Shown: positions 28,094 to 36,885 of the stretch, piece after piece
How the letters are laid out: every line of letters starts with the position of its first letter
How positions within the stretch are numbered: position 1 is the stretch's first letter
Made by a program: the position numbers and the translations under genes
From: a virus
Taxonomy: Duplodnaviria; Caudoviricetes
IMG/VR virus record: IMGVR_UViG_3300025413_000034
Span: 1 to 53,327 of that record
DNA: 53,327 nucleotides
Strand: one strand, 5' to 3'
The notes under the pieces: generated by a model
The model's input: the letters and a program-made list of their open reading frames with translations, nothing else
Database searches by the model: none
Told to the model about the DNA's origin: nothing

Positions 28094-28672
28094 CTTTTTA
28101 AGCCTCAACTCTTATGTGGTAGGGGTGGTAAAAGTGGTTTTTGGCTACTCTAAATCGAAAAAAGTCAAATGTCGAGTCTGAGCCCTGGGCCTGTTCCCTG
28201 TGCGATCGCATCTAACCATGGGGGGTGGCAGGGGGTGGCGGTGTTACCACTCTGCACCTCATTACAAGTCAGGTGCAGATGCGGTAACACGCGCATGAAT
28301 GTCACTCTGCATTATGATCTGGTGACAATCTTGATGACGATGCATCGATGCGACTCGGCTACTGTCGCAATTCGATGCAGGACTGTGCGGATACGACCAG
28401 ACTGTCAGGTCTCCGACCTGCTTCTTATCAGATGCAACCACGATCACCACTGCAACATCAACACTGTCGCATTCATTCATTCATTGCAATGTGTCCGATG
28501 TATGCGGATTAATTACATGACATCGATACACGCATTCGATCATTCATTCAATGCATCGATGTCATGTGATCAATGCAGTGAGTGATCTCTTCTCTCTCTT
28601 CTTCTTCTCTCTTGTCATTATCTGGAAGAAAAAACTCATGGCGCGATTTCGGCTGACATCGTGACATCGTGA

Positions 28673-28730
28673 TAATTGAACTTTCAACTATGTAATTGAA
28701 CATTCAACTAACTATTTGAAACTTCAACTA
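28673..28730. repeat. Three phased 18-bp palindromic direct repeats (20-bp period)
   Basis: TAATTGAACTTTCAACTA, TAATTGAACATTCAACTA, TATTTGAAACTTCAACTA. Confidence 0.9.
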
Positions 28731-28731
28731 A

Positions 28732-28758
28732 TTAGCACTCACTCACTCCGAGTGCCAA
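28732..28758. promoter_or_regulatory. CIRCE element (HrcA operator)
   Basis: TTAGCACTC-N9-GAGTGCCAA; one mismatch to the consensus TTAGCACTC-N9-GAGTGCTAA. Confidence 0.85.
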
Positions 28759-28914
28759 CGATCTGCACAATTTGGACAATCCCGACATCGCAATCACTCC
28801 ATGACTGGTCATACTTACTTCACGCATGGAATTATGCATATAAATCGGACATATTGACCCACCACATCGGTGCGCGTGTTTGTGTTTGTCCGATGTATAC
28901 GGAATACTGGGTCA

Positions 28915-29460
28915 TGAGCACACGCGGTACGCGATCAGAATCCCTCAGGGGCATCGCGCCAGAAGTGAAACAGGCTCAAGGTACGCGAGAGTCAGTCGGT
29001 GTACGCGCAGGCGGTCAGATCTCGATCTGGTCTCTGGTTCAGAATCCCCTAGGGGCAACCAGCGCGGTGACGAAAACCTCTCGTGAGTGCCTAATTACAC
29101 ATGGACTACTCGATCATTCACTCTCTTGATCGATCAGCAAGTCGGTGCGCTCGTCTCCCGAATCTCTACGGAGTAACTCGGCAGTGAAGAGACCAACTGA
29201 TGAACGCGATGAACGCGATGACCCCAGCAATGGGCGAGCGGTGAGCGGTACTTCATCAGCCAGCGTAAACCGACCCAGAGATCTACGAATGACGATAGGC
29301 GAATCAACCTTTAATTAGAGGGGCTGGTCATGGACTGCCAGCAATGGTGCAGGCGGTACTCATTCCGACCGACAGACCAGTGAAGCCAGCCCCCACTAAT
29401 TGCCACCAGATCTTCTCACGACTCGATCGTGGGCGGTTCTGGTAGCAATCTGGTGCTATC
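28915..29460 (+). ncRNA. Candidate large, highly structured non-coding RNA
   Basis: Many nested long-range helices, GCAA tetraloops and a duplicated internal-loop module; no credible CDS. Confidence 0.65.
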
Positions 29461-29480
29461 AATAACGAAAGGCAAATCCA

Positions 29481-29795
29481 ATGAACTACTTCGTAGTCGT
29501 ATGTCCAGACGGCAACTTCAGTCTCCGTCAATCAGAGTCAGCAATTTATACCCACGCATCGTGTCTAACCGATGATGAGGGCTGGGGCGTACTCGGCTTT
29601 CATAAGACCGCAAAGAGTGGCTTGTCCGCATTAAAGACCTACATCAATCGGAAAGTGAAGTACGGCAAGCCTGCGCCATATGTGAGTGGCGTTATTGAGA
29701 CCCAGCAGATCGATCGTAAGACCTACAACGATCTCAAGTCTGGAAAGATCACTGGCTCAGATCTAGTGATCGGCAAGGTCGAAACAGCCCTCTAG
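29481..29795 (+). CDS. First early-region hypothetical protein
   Basis: 104 aa; GAAAGG RBS. Confidence 0.7.
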   Translation: MNYFVVVCPDGNFSLRQSESAIYTHASCLTDDEGWGVLGFHKTAKSGLSALKTYINRKVKYGKPAPYVSGVIETQQIDRKTYNDLKSGKITGSDLVIGKVETAL

Positions 29796-29830
29796 GGCTG
29801 TCTGCTGGTCATGCCAGCACTGACGAGACC
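29777..29830 (+). ncRNA. Type II hammerhead ribozyme
   Basis: GGTC-GAAA-CAGCCC(tcta)GGGCTG-TC^-TGCTGG(tcatg)CCAGCA-CTGACGA-GACC: full catalytic core with three perfect stems. Confidence 0.92.
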
Positions 29831-29884
29831 AATGTCAGCAATCACTCGCAAACTGGTGCAGTGATCAAGTGAAAGGCAAATCCA

Positions 29885-30061
29885 ATGTCACTAACTGCAA
29901 AGGGCAAGATCAAGCAAGAATCTCGCCTCAATCTCGATAACACGATCTACGACTTCGAGATTGACTTCGACACGATCAGCGACCTTGAGGACTTCATCTC
30001 CTACAACCGCAACCAGATCGTGGAAATCCGCTTCACTGGCAAATTGAAGAGGGAGATCTAA
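29885..30061 (+). CDS. 58-aa early protein (not in ORF track)
   Basis: MSLTAKGKIKQESRLNLDN...; same GAAAGGCAAATCCAATG leader as the gene at 29481. Confidence 0.65.
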   Translation: MSLTAKGKIKQESRLNLDNTIYDFEIDFDTISDLEDFISYNRNQIVEIRFTGKLKREI

Positions 30062-30065
30062 TTCA

Positions 30066-30248
30066 ATGGCAAAGCAACGCGTATTTATCGACACCGAAGG
30101 CAAGATCGTTGCCAAAGGCACGATCTCCCCTCAACTCATCGACCTGCTTCTCGCAGACGGCACTCGCTTCTTCTCGACCCGATCAGAGGGCTTCGAGATC
30201 AACTTCATCAAGTCACTCAACATCGCAAAGATCGTGAAAGGGGCGTAA
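30066..30248 (+). CDS. Hypothetical early protein
   Basis: 60 aa; GAGGGAG RBS. Confidence 0.6.
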   Translation: MAKQRVFIDTEGKIVAKGTISPQLIDLLLADGTRFFSTRSEGFEINFIKSLNIAKIVKGA

Positions 30249-30250
30249 TC

Positions 30251-30766
30251 ATGAGCAACATTCGATGCTCTACCTGCGTTATCAAGGGGCAGGGAATCTG
30301 CCTCCATGTCTCATTCGAATCAGCCATTCAGATCGATCATCTCACCGATGATCAACTCGATCTCGTCTCTGAGATCTTGAAGGGCATCAAGTGAAGTGCA
30401 TCGTCTGCCAGCGCGCTCTCACTTTCAACACTCGTCAGACTGCCCGATGCAAGTGCGGTGCAGTTGCAAAGATCACCAATAATCAAGTCTCATTCTCAGT
30501 AGGAGGAGTCAAATAATGGAACTCAATAACATCGACAACGACCTAGAAGTGCTACGCAATTCGGTAGCACCCAGCCTCTACGCCTATCTCGTGGCATCAC
30601 TGTCACCAGAGAAGGTGAGCGCATGAAGGCACTGGGCGCGATCTTCTCAGCACTACTCATCGCTGGCGTGGCATTCATTGCCACGCATCACCCTGTCTAT
30701 GGCAAGTGTCATCAGGTCGCAGATCAGCGAATCTGCACACTCATCAAGTGGGAGGGCAATAAGTGA
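30251..30766 (+). other. Run of four coupled mini-ORFs (30251-30394, 30391-30516, 30516-30626, 30623-30766)
   Basis: Manual translation; GTGA, TAATG and ATGA overlaps. Confidence 0.55.
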
Positions 30767-31077
30767 GCACCAGATACGCAGATATCAAAGGCAAGAGCAC
30801 TACCAATGCAGGAGCGATCGAATACATCGCTAATCGCCAGCCGTTCAAGGCTAATTCCATGGCAGGCGTTTACTTTCAGGAGGGCGATTACCTGCCCACT
30901 GGTCGCTTGCAGAGCGATCTCGTGGCACTCCTCAAGGGTCACAAGCCAGACTTCATCGTCTACTCCTACGGCACGCCTATCGCATGGCATCACGCTGGTG
31001 GCTGGGAGATACCTGCAGTCCGCTACTCAGTGACCACCAGCAAGCATCAGGGCATCGTCAGAAGGGCGGTCTGGTAA
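30763..31077 (+). CDS. Conserved actinophage early hypothetical protein
   Basis: VYSYGTPIAW...YSVTTSKHQ motif. Confidence 0.65.
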   Translation: MSTRYADIKGKSTTNAGAIEYIANRQPFKANSMAGVYFQEGDYLPTGRLQSDLVALLKGHKPDFIVYSYGTPIAWHHAGGWEIPAVRYSVTTSKHQGIVRRAVW

Positions 31078-31194
31078 TGATCGCTCTTCTCTTCGCTATC
31101 TGCATTCCTATGGCTCTATTCGCCGTATGGCTCGACTCAGTACTCACTCCCGATATATCTCAAAGTCAATATCTAGAAGAAAAGGAATAATCCA

Positions 31195-31473
31195 ATGGGC
31201 TCTAATTTCGCGCACGACCTTGCATCAGGAGATCTCGTTCAGTCACTCGAACAACAGATCTCAATTCACTTCTCATCGAATTGCTATCCACCAATCCCTC
31301 AATTCATGGTGGCACTCGGTGTTGAAGCAATTCAAGCAGTCAATGAAAGTGATTACACTCGTGAACTCACTCTGCCAGACGGCGTGCAATTCCGAAACTC
31401 GTTGACAGTCTCGGCACTCGATGCAGTCAATGCACTTCGACTCGATGCATGGATAGATGAAGGGGCTTACTAA
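31195..31473 (+). CDS. Hypothetical protein
   Basis: 92 aa; AAAGGA RBS. Confidence 0.6.
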   Translation: MGSNFAHDLASGDLVQSLEQQISIHFSSNCYPPIPQFMVALGVEAIQAVNESDYTRELTLPDGVQFRNSLTVSALDAVNALRLDAWIDEGAY

Positions 31474-31709
31474 TGCACTCAAAATCAATTCTCGTAACGA
31501 TTTATTACGAGCCAGAGGTCAAAGATCAACGACTCTTGCTTGATGATAATGACGGCTCAGAAGAGTGGGATTACGAACTCTCGCTCACCCATGTCCTTGA
31601 TGATCATCTCAAAGAGGTCAATGTCAACGGCGTTCGAATCATCGATGTCGCAATCGATACCGATCATGAACGCATTCATGAAGTACTAGCGCAGAAGGAG
31701 ATGCGATGA
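31473..31709 (+). CDS. Acidic hypothetical protein
   Basis: 78 aa; TAATG coupling. Confidence 0.6.
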   Translation: MHSKSILVTIYYEPEVKDQRLLLDDNDGSEEWDYELSLTHVLDDHLKEVNVNGVRIIDVAIDTDHERIHEVLAQKEMR

Positions 31710-32395
31710 CCACAACGACAGGCAAGCCTGCTGGCTCAAAGGCAGGCAATCAGTACGGCACTTTCAAAGTACATTACTGCTCACCAGCGCAGGCACGCTT
31801 CATCGCTCGCTTGCTTGAAGAGCGCGTGCATGACTTCAAGATCACCGATGCAACTCGTGTCAATAAGAAGCACGCGACTCGCATCATCGATCAACTCTTG
31901 AATTGCCCGAAGAAGTACATCGAGCCAATCACTGAGAAGCAACTCTCATACGCTGATCTTCTGCTCAAGACTCGCATCGGTGCAGATGCAATTCTCAAGG
32001 CGTGCCTGCACTTATCGAAAGTGAACACGATCTACGAACTCGATCGTGATCATGCGAAGAAGATGATCGACTCACTCGTCACTCTGCCAAAGATACAAGT
32101 CGCAGAGCCCGATCTTGAAGTCGGTGCATATCGCCATAATGACCAGATCTGCTCGGTACGCAAGTCTCGTGAATCTGGTCGCTTGCACGCGTATGTCTTT
32201 AATCTCGTGACAAAGCAGTGGGAGTTTGCTCGTGGTCTGGTCTATGAGATCAAGCCAGAAGAGCGACTCACACTCGCGCAGGCAATGCAATTCGGTGCGA
32301 GCACTGGGTTCTGCGTTCACTGCGGTCGCACTCTCACTGTCCAGAAGTCAGTCGTTGCTGGCATGGGGCGCGTATGCGCCTCAAAGTATCACTAA
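31706..32395 (+). CDS. Protein with C-terminal DUF6011-like Zn motif
   Basis: CVHCGRTLT...S...GMGRVC; repeated SPAQ/TEKQ..Y...L modules. Confidence 0.65.
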   Translation: MTTTTGKPAGSKAGNQYGTFKVHYCSPAQARFIARLLEERVHDFKITDATRVNKKHATRIIDQLLNCPKKYIEPITEKQLSYADLLLKTRIGADAILKACLHLSKVNTIYELDRDHAKKMIDSLVTLPKIQVAEPDLEVGAYRHNDQICSVRKSRESGRLHAYVFNLVTKQWEFARGLVYEIKPEERLTLAQAMQFGASTGFCVHCGRTLTVQKSVVAGMGRVCASKYH

Positions 32396-32403
32396 GGGGA
32401 GCA

Positions 32404-32679
32404 ATGAAAGAAAATCTGATGTACCAATTCGAACTCGATGAACTCGGCATCATGGGCGCAATGCTCGCTAAGTCTCTCGACTTCGCCAATGATCAAGATG
32501 CACCAACAGTCATCATCGCCACTCTCGAATCTGCACTCGATAAATTGCAAGTGATTATCGATGCACGATGCGAAGAACATAACGCCTTCGTGGATATCAC
32601 CGAGTCACTCGATGATCTCTTCGATGTATCGCGTGCAATCGTTAAAGACCCAGAAGTATCCACACCAGATTACAACTAA
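32404..32679 (+). CDS. Acidic hypothetical protein
   Basis: GGGGAG RBS before ATG 32404. Confidence 0.55.
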   Translation: MKENLMYQFELDELGIMGAMLAKSLDFANDQDAPTVIIATLESALDKLQVIIDARCEEHNAFVDITESLDDLFDVSRAIVKDPEVSTPDYN

Positions 32680-32689
32680 GGAGCAATCA

Positions 32690-33562
32690 ATGAATCCACT
32701 CAATCAACTCGTGCCAACTCTTGAATCTCAAGAGCACTACATCGACCGCAACTGGTGCGGTGTCTCTGGTCTGCAGATCGCAGACTTCGCTCGCAAGCAT
32801 AAGATCAATATGCTCAACGCTGGTCATGCTGGTACTGGTAAGACTTCATTCGCTCAGTACTACGCGAGCCAGCGTGGTCTGCCGTATGTAGATCTCCCTT
32901 CTAACTCGGCACTCAGTGCGAATGAGTTGCAAGGCAACTGGGTCTCTGGTGACGGCAAACTCGACTGGGTCGACTCGATCTATGTCGAAGTCTGGCGCAA
33001 TGGTGGCGTGCTCAATCTCGGTGAGATCGATCAACTCGCAAAGAATGCTCAATTCTTCTTCCACCCAGCCATGGATCATCGTCGTACTCTCACGCTCACT
33101 GCCAAAGATTACGAAGTGGTGACTGCTCACCCAGATCTCATCGTGATCGCTGACTGGAATCCTCTTTATCGCGGTCGACAACCTCTCTCTGAGTCGTGGG
33201 CTGATCGCTTCCAACTCAAACTGCGTTACGAGTACGACCGCGACATCGAGAGCAAGATCATCAAGTCAGAATCGCTTCTTGATCTCGCGTTCGGTATGCG
33301 ATCTCAGTCTCGTGGTGTTGATCTCGGTCATGCGAGCAAGTCGACAGTGTTCGAGACACCGATCACTCCACGCATTCTCAAGACCTTCGAACTCGTAGCG
33401 AAGGAATTGAGTTTCGATCTCGCCTGTGAGATCTTCACCAATAACTTCACTGATGAAGAACGCCCAGCAGTCAAGATGCTTCTTGAAGGCGCGTCGTTCA
33501 ATATCAAAGATGAACTCGGCATCGATAACGATGCAGTAACAACTCAGCACGAATCAGTCTAA
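32690..33562 (+). CDS. MoxR/CbbQ-like AAA+ ATPase
   Basis: Walker A GHAGTGKT, variant Walker B LNLGEID, NPLYRG and ADRF; AAGGAG RBS before 32690. Confidence 0.85.
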   Translation: MNPLNQLVPTLESQEHYIDRNWCGVSGLQIADFARKHKINMLNAGHAGTGKTSFAQYYASQRGLPYVDLPSNSALSANELQGNWVSGDGKLDWVDSIYVEVWRNGGVLNLGEIDQLAKNAQFFFHPAMDHRRTLTLTAKDYEVVTAHPDLIVIADWNPLYRGRQPLSESWADRFQLKLRYEYDRDIESKIIKSESLLDLAFGMRSQSRGVDLGHASKSTVFETPITPRILKTFELVAKELSFDLACEIFTNNFTDEERPAVKMLLEGASFNIKDELGIDNDAVTTQHESV

Positions 33563-33572
33563 GGAGCACTAC

Positions 33573-35516
33573 ATGGACAAGATCAATGTAACTGATCTCG
33601 GAGAGATCTTCGATGCACTCAAAGAACTCACCGAAGATCAGAAGGCAGAAGAGGCTAAACGCCAGCGCATCGAACGCTTCACTGGCTTCTTCTCTCGCGT
33701 GAACTCTGCCTTCACATTCCGACCAGTGACAGTGACAGTGGAGTCATCACCGATCAAAGCACCAGCGTGGTCTGGTGCTAGCGATGTCCACTTCAATGCC
33801 AATGAGATCGGTGAACTCGACACTGCGGAGTCGATCGCCAGCATCAAGGGTCTTGATCTGCATGAGGTCAGCCACATTCTCTACACCAGCAGAGAAGGTA
33901 GCGATCTTGTCTCGTCAGTGATCGATAAGAAGATGTGGACTGCATTCAATGCGTTAGAAGATCAGCGCATCGAGTCATTCTTCACTGCAAAGTATCCTTC
34001 GACTGTCGCGTGGTTCTCAGCGATGATCTTGACTCACTTCAAGAGCAACCCAGAAGTGTTCGAGAACTCGTACCCACTACTCTGCGGTCGCAGGTATCTG
34101 CCAGTCGAGATTCGCAGAGAGTCTCGTGCGCTCTATCCTCATCAGGACAAGGTCGATGAGTTTAAGGCGATCATCAATGAGTACCGCACTCTCGTATTCC
34201 CCACCGATACAGATCGCGGTCTTGAGTTGATCGAGCAGTATTACAACCTCTTGCCGAAGAGTGAAGGTGGCAATGGTGATGAGACTGGCGAGACTAAGTA
34301 CAAGGCAGTCAATGGCGATGCAGAAGGCGGTCGACCAGTGAAGGTCATTGACCCATGCGGTCATGGCTCACGACCTAATGAGGGTATTGAGTCAACTCCT
34401 ACCTCTCGCCCAGTACCACCCCGCCAGCAGGAGAAGGAGCGCGATCGTGCTGGTAGCAAGCCAGAAGATCTCGATGACGATCTCCCAGAGATCAAGGCAG
34501 AGGATATCGACTGGTCTGACTTCGATGATCAGGGCGATGATCAGGGCGATAAGTCTGATGAGACAAGTAACTCTGACGGCGGAGAGTCTGGTGATGCAGA
34601 AGTTACTCCACCAGAGGGCGAGTCAACGGCTGGTGCTGATGCCAGCGAGATGATCTCGACAATGCTCGAAGAGATTCTTAGCGAGTCAGGTATCGCTCAG
34701 GAGATCAACGACATTCTTCGAGTCATCAGTGGTCAGCCCACTCTCACATCGAATAACTCACAAGAGCCAGAGCGTGCTCGCTATAGCGAGATCTCACCAG
34801 ACTCAGTGACAGTCGATGCATCACGATCATTCGGTCGTGAACTCGAACGCCTGCGTGCCTCATTCGACCCAGCATGGGATAGATACGAGAACTCTGGTCG
34901 CTTGAGTGTCGGTCGATATATGCGTGGCGATGACTTCGACACGATCTTCGACCAATGGAATGAAGGTCGTGAAGATGCGACTGACATCGAATGCGTGATC
35001 GCTATTGATCACTCTGGCTCGATGTCTGGTAGCAAGATCGCCAATGCAAATCGTGCGATGTATGCAATCAAGCGAGCACTCGATCGCATCGATGCAAGCA
35101 CGACAGTGATCGCATTCTCTGACGAGACTCATCTCCTCTATCGCGCAAGCGAGAAGGCAAACTCTCAGATTCGAGATTCATTCAGTGGTGGTGGCACTAC
35201 CCCAGATCAAGCGATCAAGTACGCAACGAAGTTGCTTGCAGAGAGTGATCGCAAGATCAAGATCTTCTTCGTGATCACTGACGGCGAGTGGTACGGAGAT
35301 CAGACTACGAATGAAGATGCAATAAAGCGCATGGGTCAGTCTGGCGTGCTGACTGCGTTCGCTTATATCCCAGAGAAGAATGAAGAGGTCGTACTCACTG
35401 CAGAGAAGGCTCACAACTGTGAGATCGGTGCAGTAGTTGCTAACCCATTCGATCTCGTCACCATGGCAAGAGCGATCGTGAAGTACGCGATCTCTCGCAG
35501 ACTCACTAACGCGTAA
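33573..35516 (+). CDS. vWA (CobT-like) protein with N-terminal HExxH metallopeptidase-like domain
   Basis: LHEVSH and NALEDQRIE; acidic linker; MIDAS DHSGSM, GGT and ITDG. Confidence 0.85.
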   Translation: MDKINVTDLGEIFDALKELTEDQKAEEAKRQRIERFTGFFSRVNSAFTFRPVTVTVESSPIKAPAWSGASDVHFNANEIGELDTAESIASIKGLDLHEVSHILYTSREGSDLVSSVIDKKMWTAFNALEDQRIESFFTAKYPSTVAWFSAMILTHFKSNPEVFENSYPLLCGRRYLPVEIRRESRALYPHQDKVDEFKAIINEYRTLVFPTDTDRGLELIEQYYNLLPKSEGGNGDETGETKYKAVNGDAEGGRPVKVIDPCGHGSRPNEGIESTPTSRPVPPRQQEKERDRAGSKPEDLDDDLPEIKAEDIDWSDFDDQGDDQGDKSDETSNSDGGESGDAEVTPPEGESTAGADASEMISTMLEEILSESGIAQEINDILRVISGQPTLTSNNSQEPERARYSEISPDSVTVDASRSFGRELERLRASFDPAWDRYENSGRLSVGRYMRGDDFDTIFDQWNEGREDATDIECVIAIDHSGSMSGSKIANANRAMYAIKRALDRIDASTTVIAFSDETHLLYRASEKANSQIRDSFSGGGTTPDQAIKYATKLLAESDRKIKIFFVITDGEWYGDQTTNEDAIKRMGQSGVLTAFAYIPEKNEEVVLTAEKAHNCEIGAVVANPFDLVTMARAIVKYAISRRLTNA

Positions 35517-35526
35517 GGAGCGATCA

Positions 35527-36135
35527 ATGAAGCAAGGCGATCTCAAGGTCGGTGTCGTGTACGGAGTAATTCCTTCATGGGATTACTCATCGTCTGATAA
35601 GAAGAATCCAGAGAGGGCTCAACGGCGCGATCTGGCTAAGGCAGAACTGGTCAGTCTCAATAAGTATGCCTATGAGGTATACCGATCTGAGAACCCAAAT
35701 GATGCAACCTTCAAGCCAGCCCCTAAGGGCTCTCGATCTGTCGGCTATCTAGTGAAGTCAGATTCATATGGTGCTAACACTCTCTACTGGATATCTCGAC
35801 CTCAGGACATCGTGGCTGAGTACACCAGCATGGAGGAGCGTTGGGTCAAGGCAGAAGAGTTGGAACGCCTTCGTGTAGAGCAGGAGCGCAAAGAGCGTGA
35901 AGATCGCCAGCGATTAGAGCGCGAGTTGCAGGAGCGTGCTGATCGCGTTGCTAAGGCAGTCAAGGATTCACTGCGGACAATCATCGGCAATCGAGTTGAC
36001 TCGATCGAACTCTCAAGCCGTAGCAAGCGCAATGATCAAGGCGAATACATTCCGACATATCGATTCGATCTCGATCTGTCTACGATGCAAGTAATAGTGG
36101 AGAAGGTTCTAGAAGCAAGGGATATGGTGCGATGA
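35527..36135 (+). CDS. Hypothetical protein
   Basis: 202 aa; AAGGAG RBS. Confidence 0.65.
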   Translation: MKQGDLKVGVVYGVIPSWDYSSSDKKNPERAQRRDLAKAELVSLNKYAYEVYRSENPNDATFKPAPKGSRSVGYLVKSDSYGANTLYWISRPQDIVAEYTSMEERWVKAEELERLRVEQERKEREDRQRLERELQERADRVAKAVKDSLRTIIGNRVDSIELSSRSKRNDQGEYIPTYRFDLDLSTMQVIVEKVLEARDMVR

Positions 36136-36884
36136 CTGATTCATTCTACTTAAAGCGGTTGAAGAACTTCTATGAGAGCAAGGACTACTCACCAGAAGAG
36201 GGTCATGTCTGGTACTCAAGTTGGCTTAACCGCAAGTCGTTGGGTAACACTGCAGAGATGCAGTACTCGGAGATCTCGTACACCGAAGAGACCTACAAGG
36301 GTCATCAACTCATCATTCGCAAGATGACGATTAAGTGGGCATTCGTTCTTACGAGTGGTCACTGTGGCAGGTTTACTGATGATGAAGTGAAGGCTTTCCC
36401 AGATCGTGCTGAGTGGCAGACTGAGACAACCTACTCAGCCTATGCGTGGCGCATTCGAGATCTCGATGTCGAGCCAGCAGTACTCGATCATATCTGGGGC
36501 GATGATCGCTTCATCATCGATAACTACACCACCAACTCGCATAAGCAGACCACGAGTAAGGCAAAGAAGCGCATCGATATTGAGGCGGTTCTTCTTGATC
36601 ACAAGTCAGTGCTTAACGAGTTAGCAGGAAATCTAGTGTGGGGTCAATCAACTACTCAGCCTTACAATCTCAAGGTTAATGACTGGGTATGGATTCGTGC
36701 TCATGGCAGATTACGCAACGGCATAGTTGTAGGCACTCAAGGTCGCAGGTTCATCGTGGGCTACACGACTCCTAGCAACCCTCACACCATGAAGTACAAG
36801 ACACTCAACCTCTCGGAGATCTATGTAGTAGAGGGAGATCTCATCGAGACACAAGCACACAACTTCGTACAGATAGGAGCATGA
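36132..36884 (+). CDS. Hypothetical protein
   Basis: 250 aa; ATGA coupling. Confidence 0.65.
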   Translation: MTDSFYLKRLKNFYESKDYSPEEGHVWYSSWLNRKSLGNTAEMQYSEISYTEETYKGHQLIIRKMTIKWAFVLTSGHCGRFTDDEVKAFPDRAEWQTETTYSAYAWRIRDLDVEPAVLDHIWGDDRFIIDNYTTNSHKQTTSKAKKRIDIEAVLLDHKSVLNELAGNLVWGQSTTQPYNLKVNDWVWIRAHGRLRNGIVVGTQGRRFIVGYTTPSNPHTMKYKTLNLSEIYVVEGDLIETQAHNFVQIGA

Positions 36885-36885
36885 G

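Noticed and set aside
28673-28730. Mini-CRISPR array
   Set aside because: Repeats are separated by only 2 nt, so there are no spacers; no cas genes are present
28820-28842. ARG box (ArgR site) at GCATGGAATTATGCATA
   Set aside because: Only a half-site matches well; too weak to call
28169-29129. ORFs 28169-28585 and 28716-29129
   Set aside because: No RBS, atypical composition, and they overlap operator-like repeats and structured RNA; probably spurious
29197-29260. Second hammerhead starting at CTGATGA
   Set aside because: No correctly placed GAAA or stems; the segment instead pairs with TTCATCAG at 29252
28915-29460. Group I or group II intron
   Set aside because: No interrupted host gene, and no recognisable group II domain V or group I P7 core by eye
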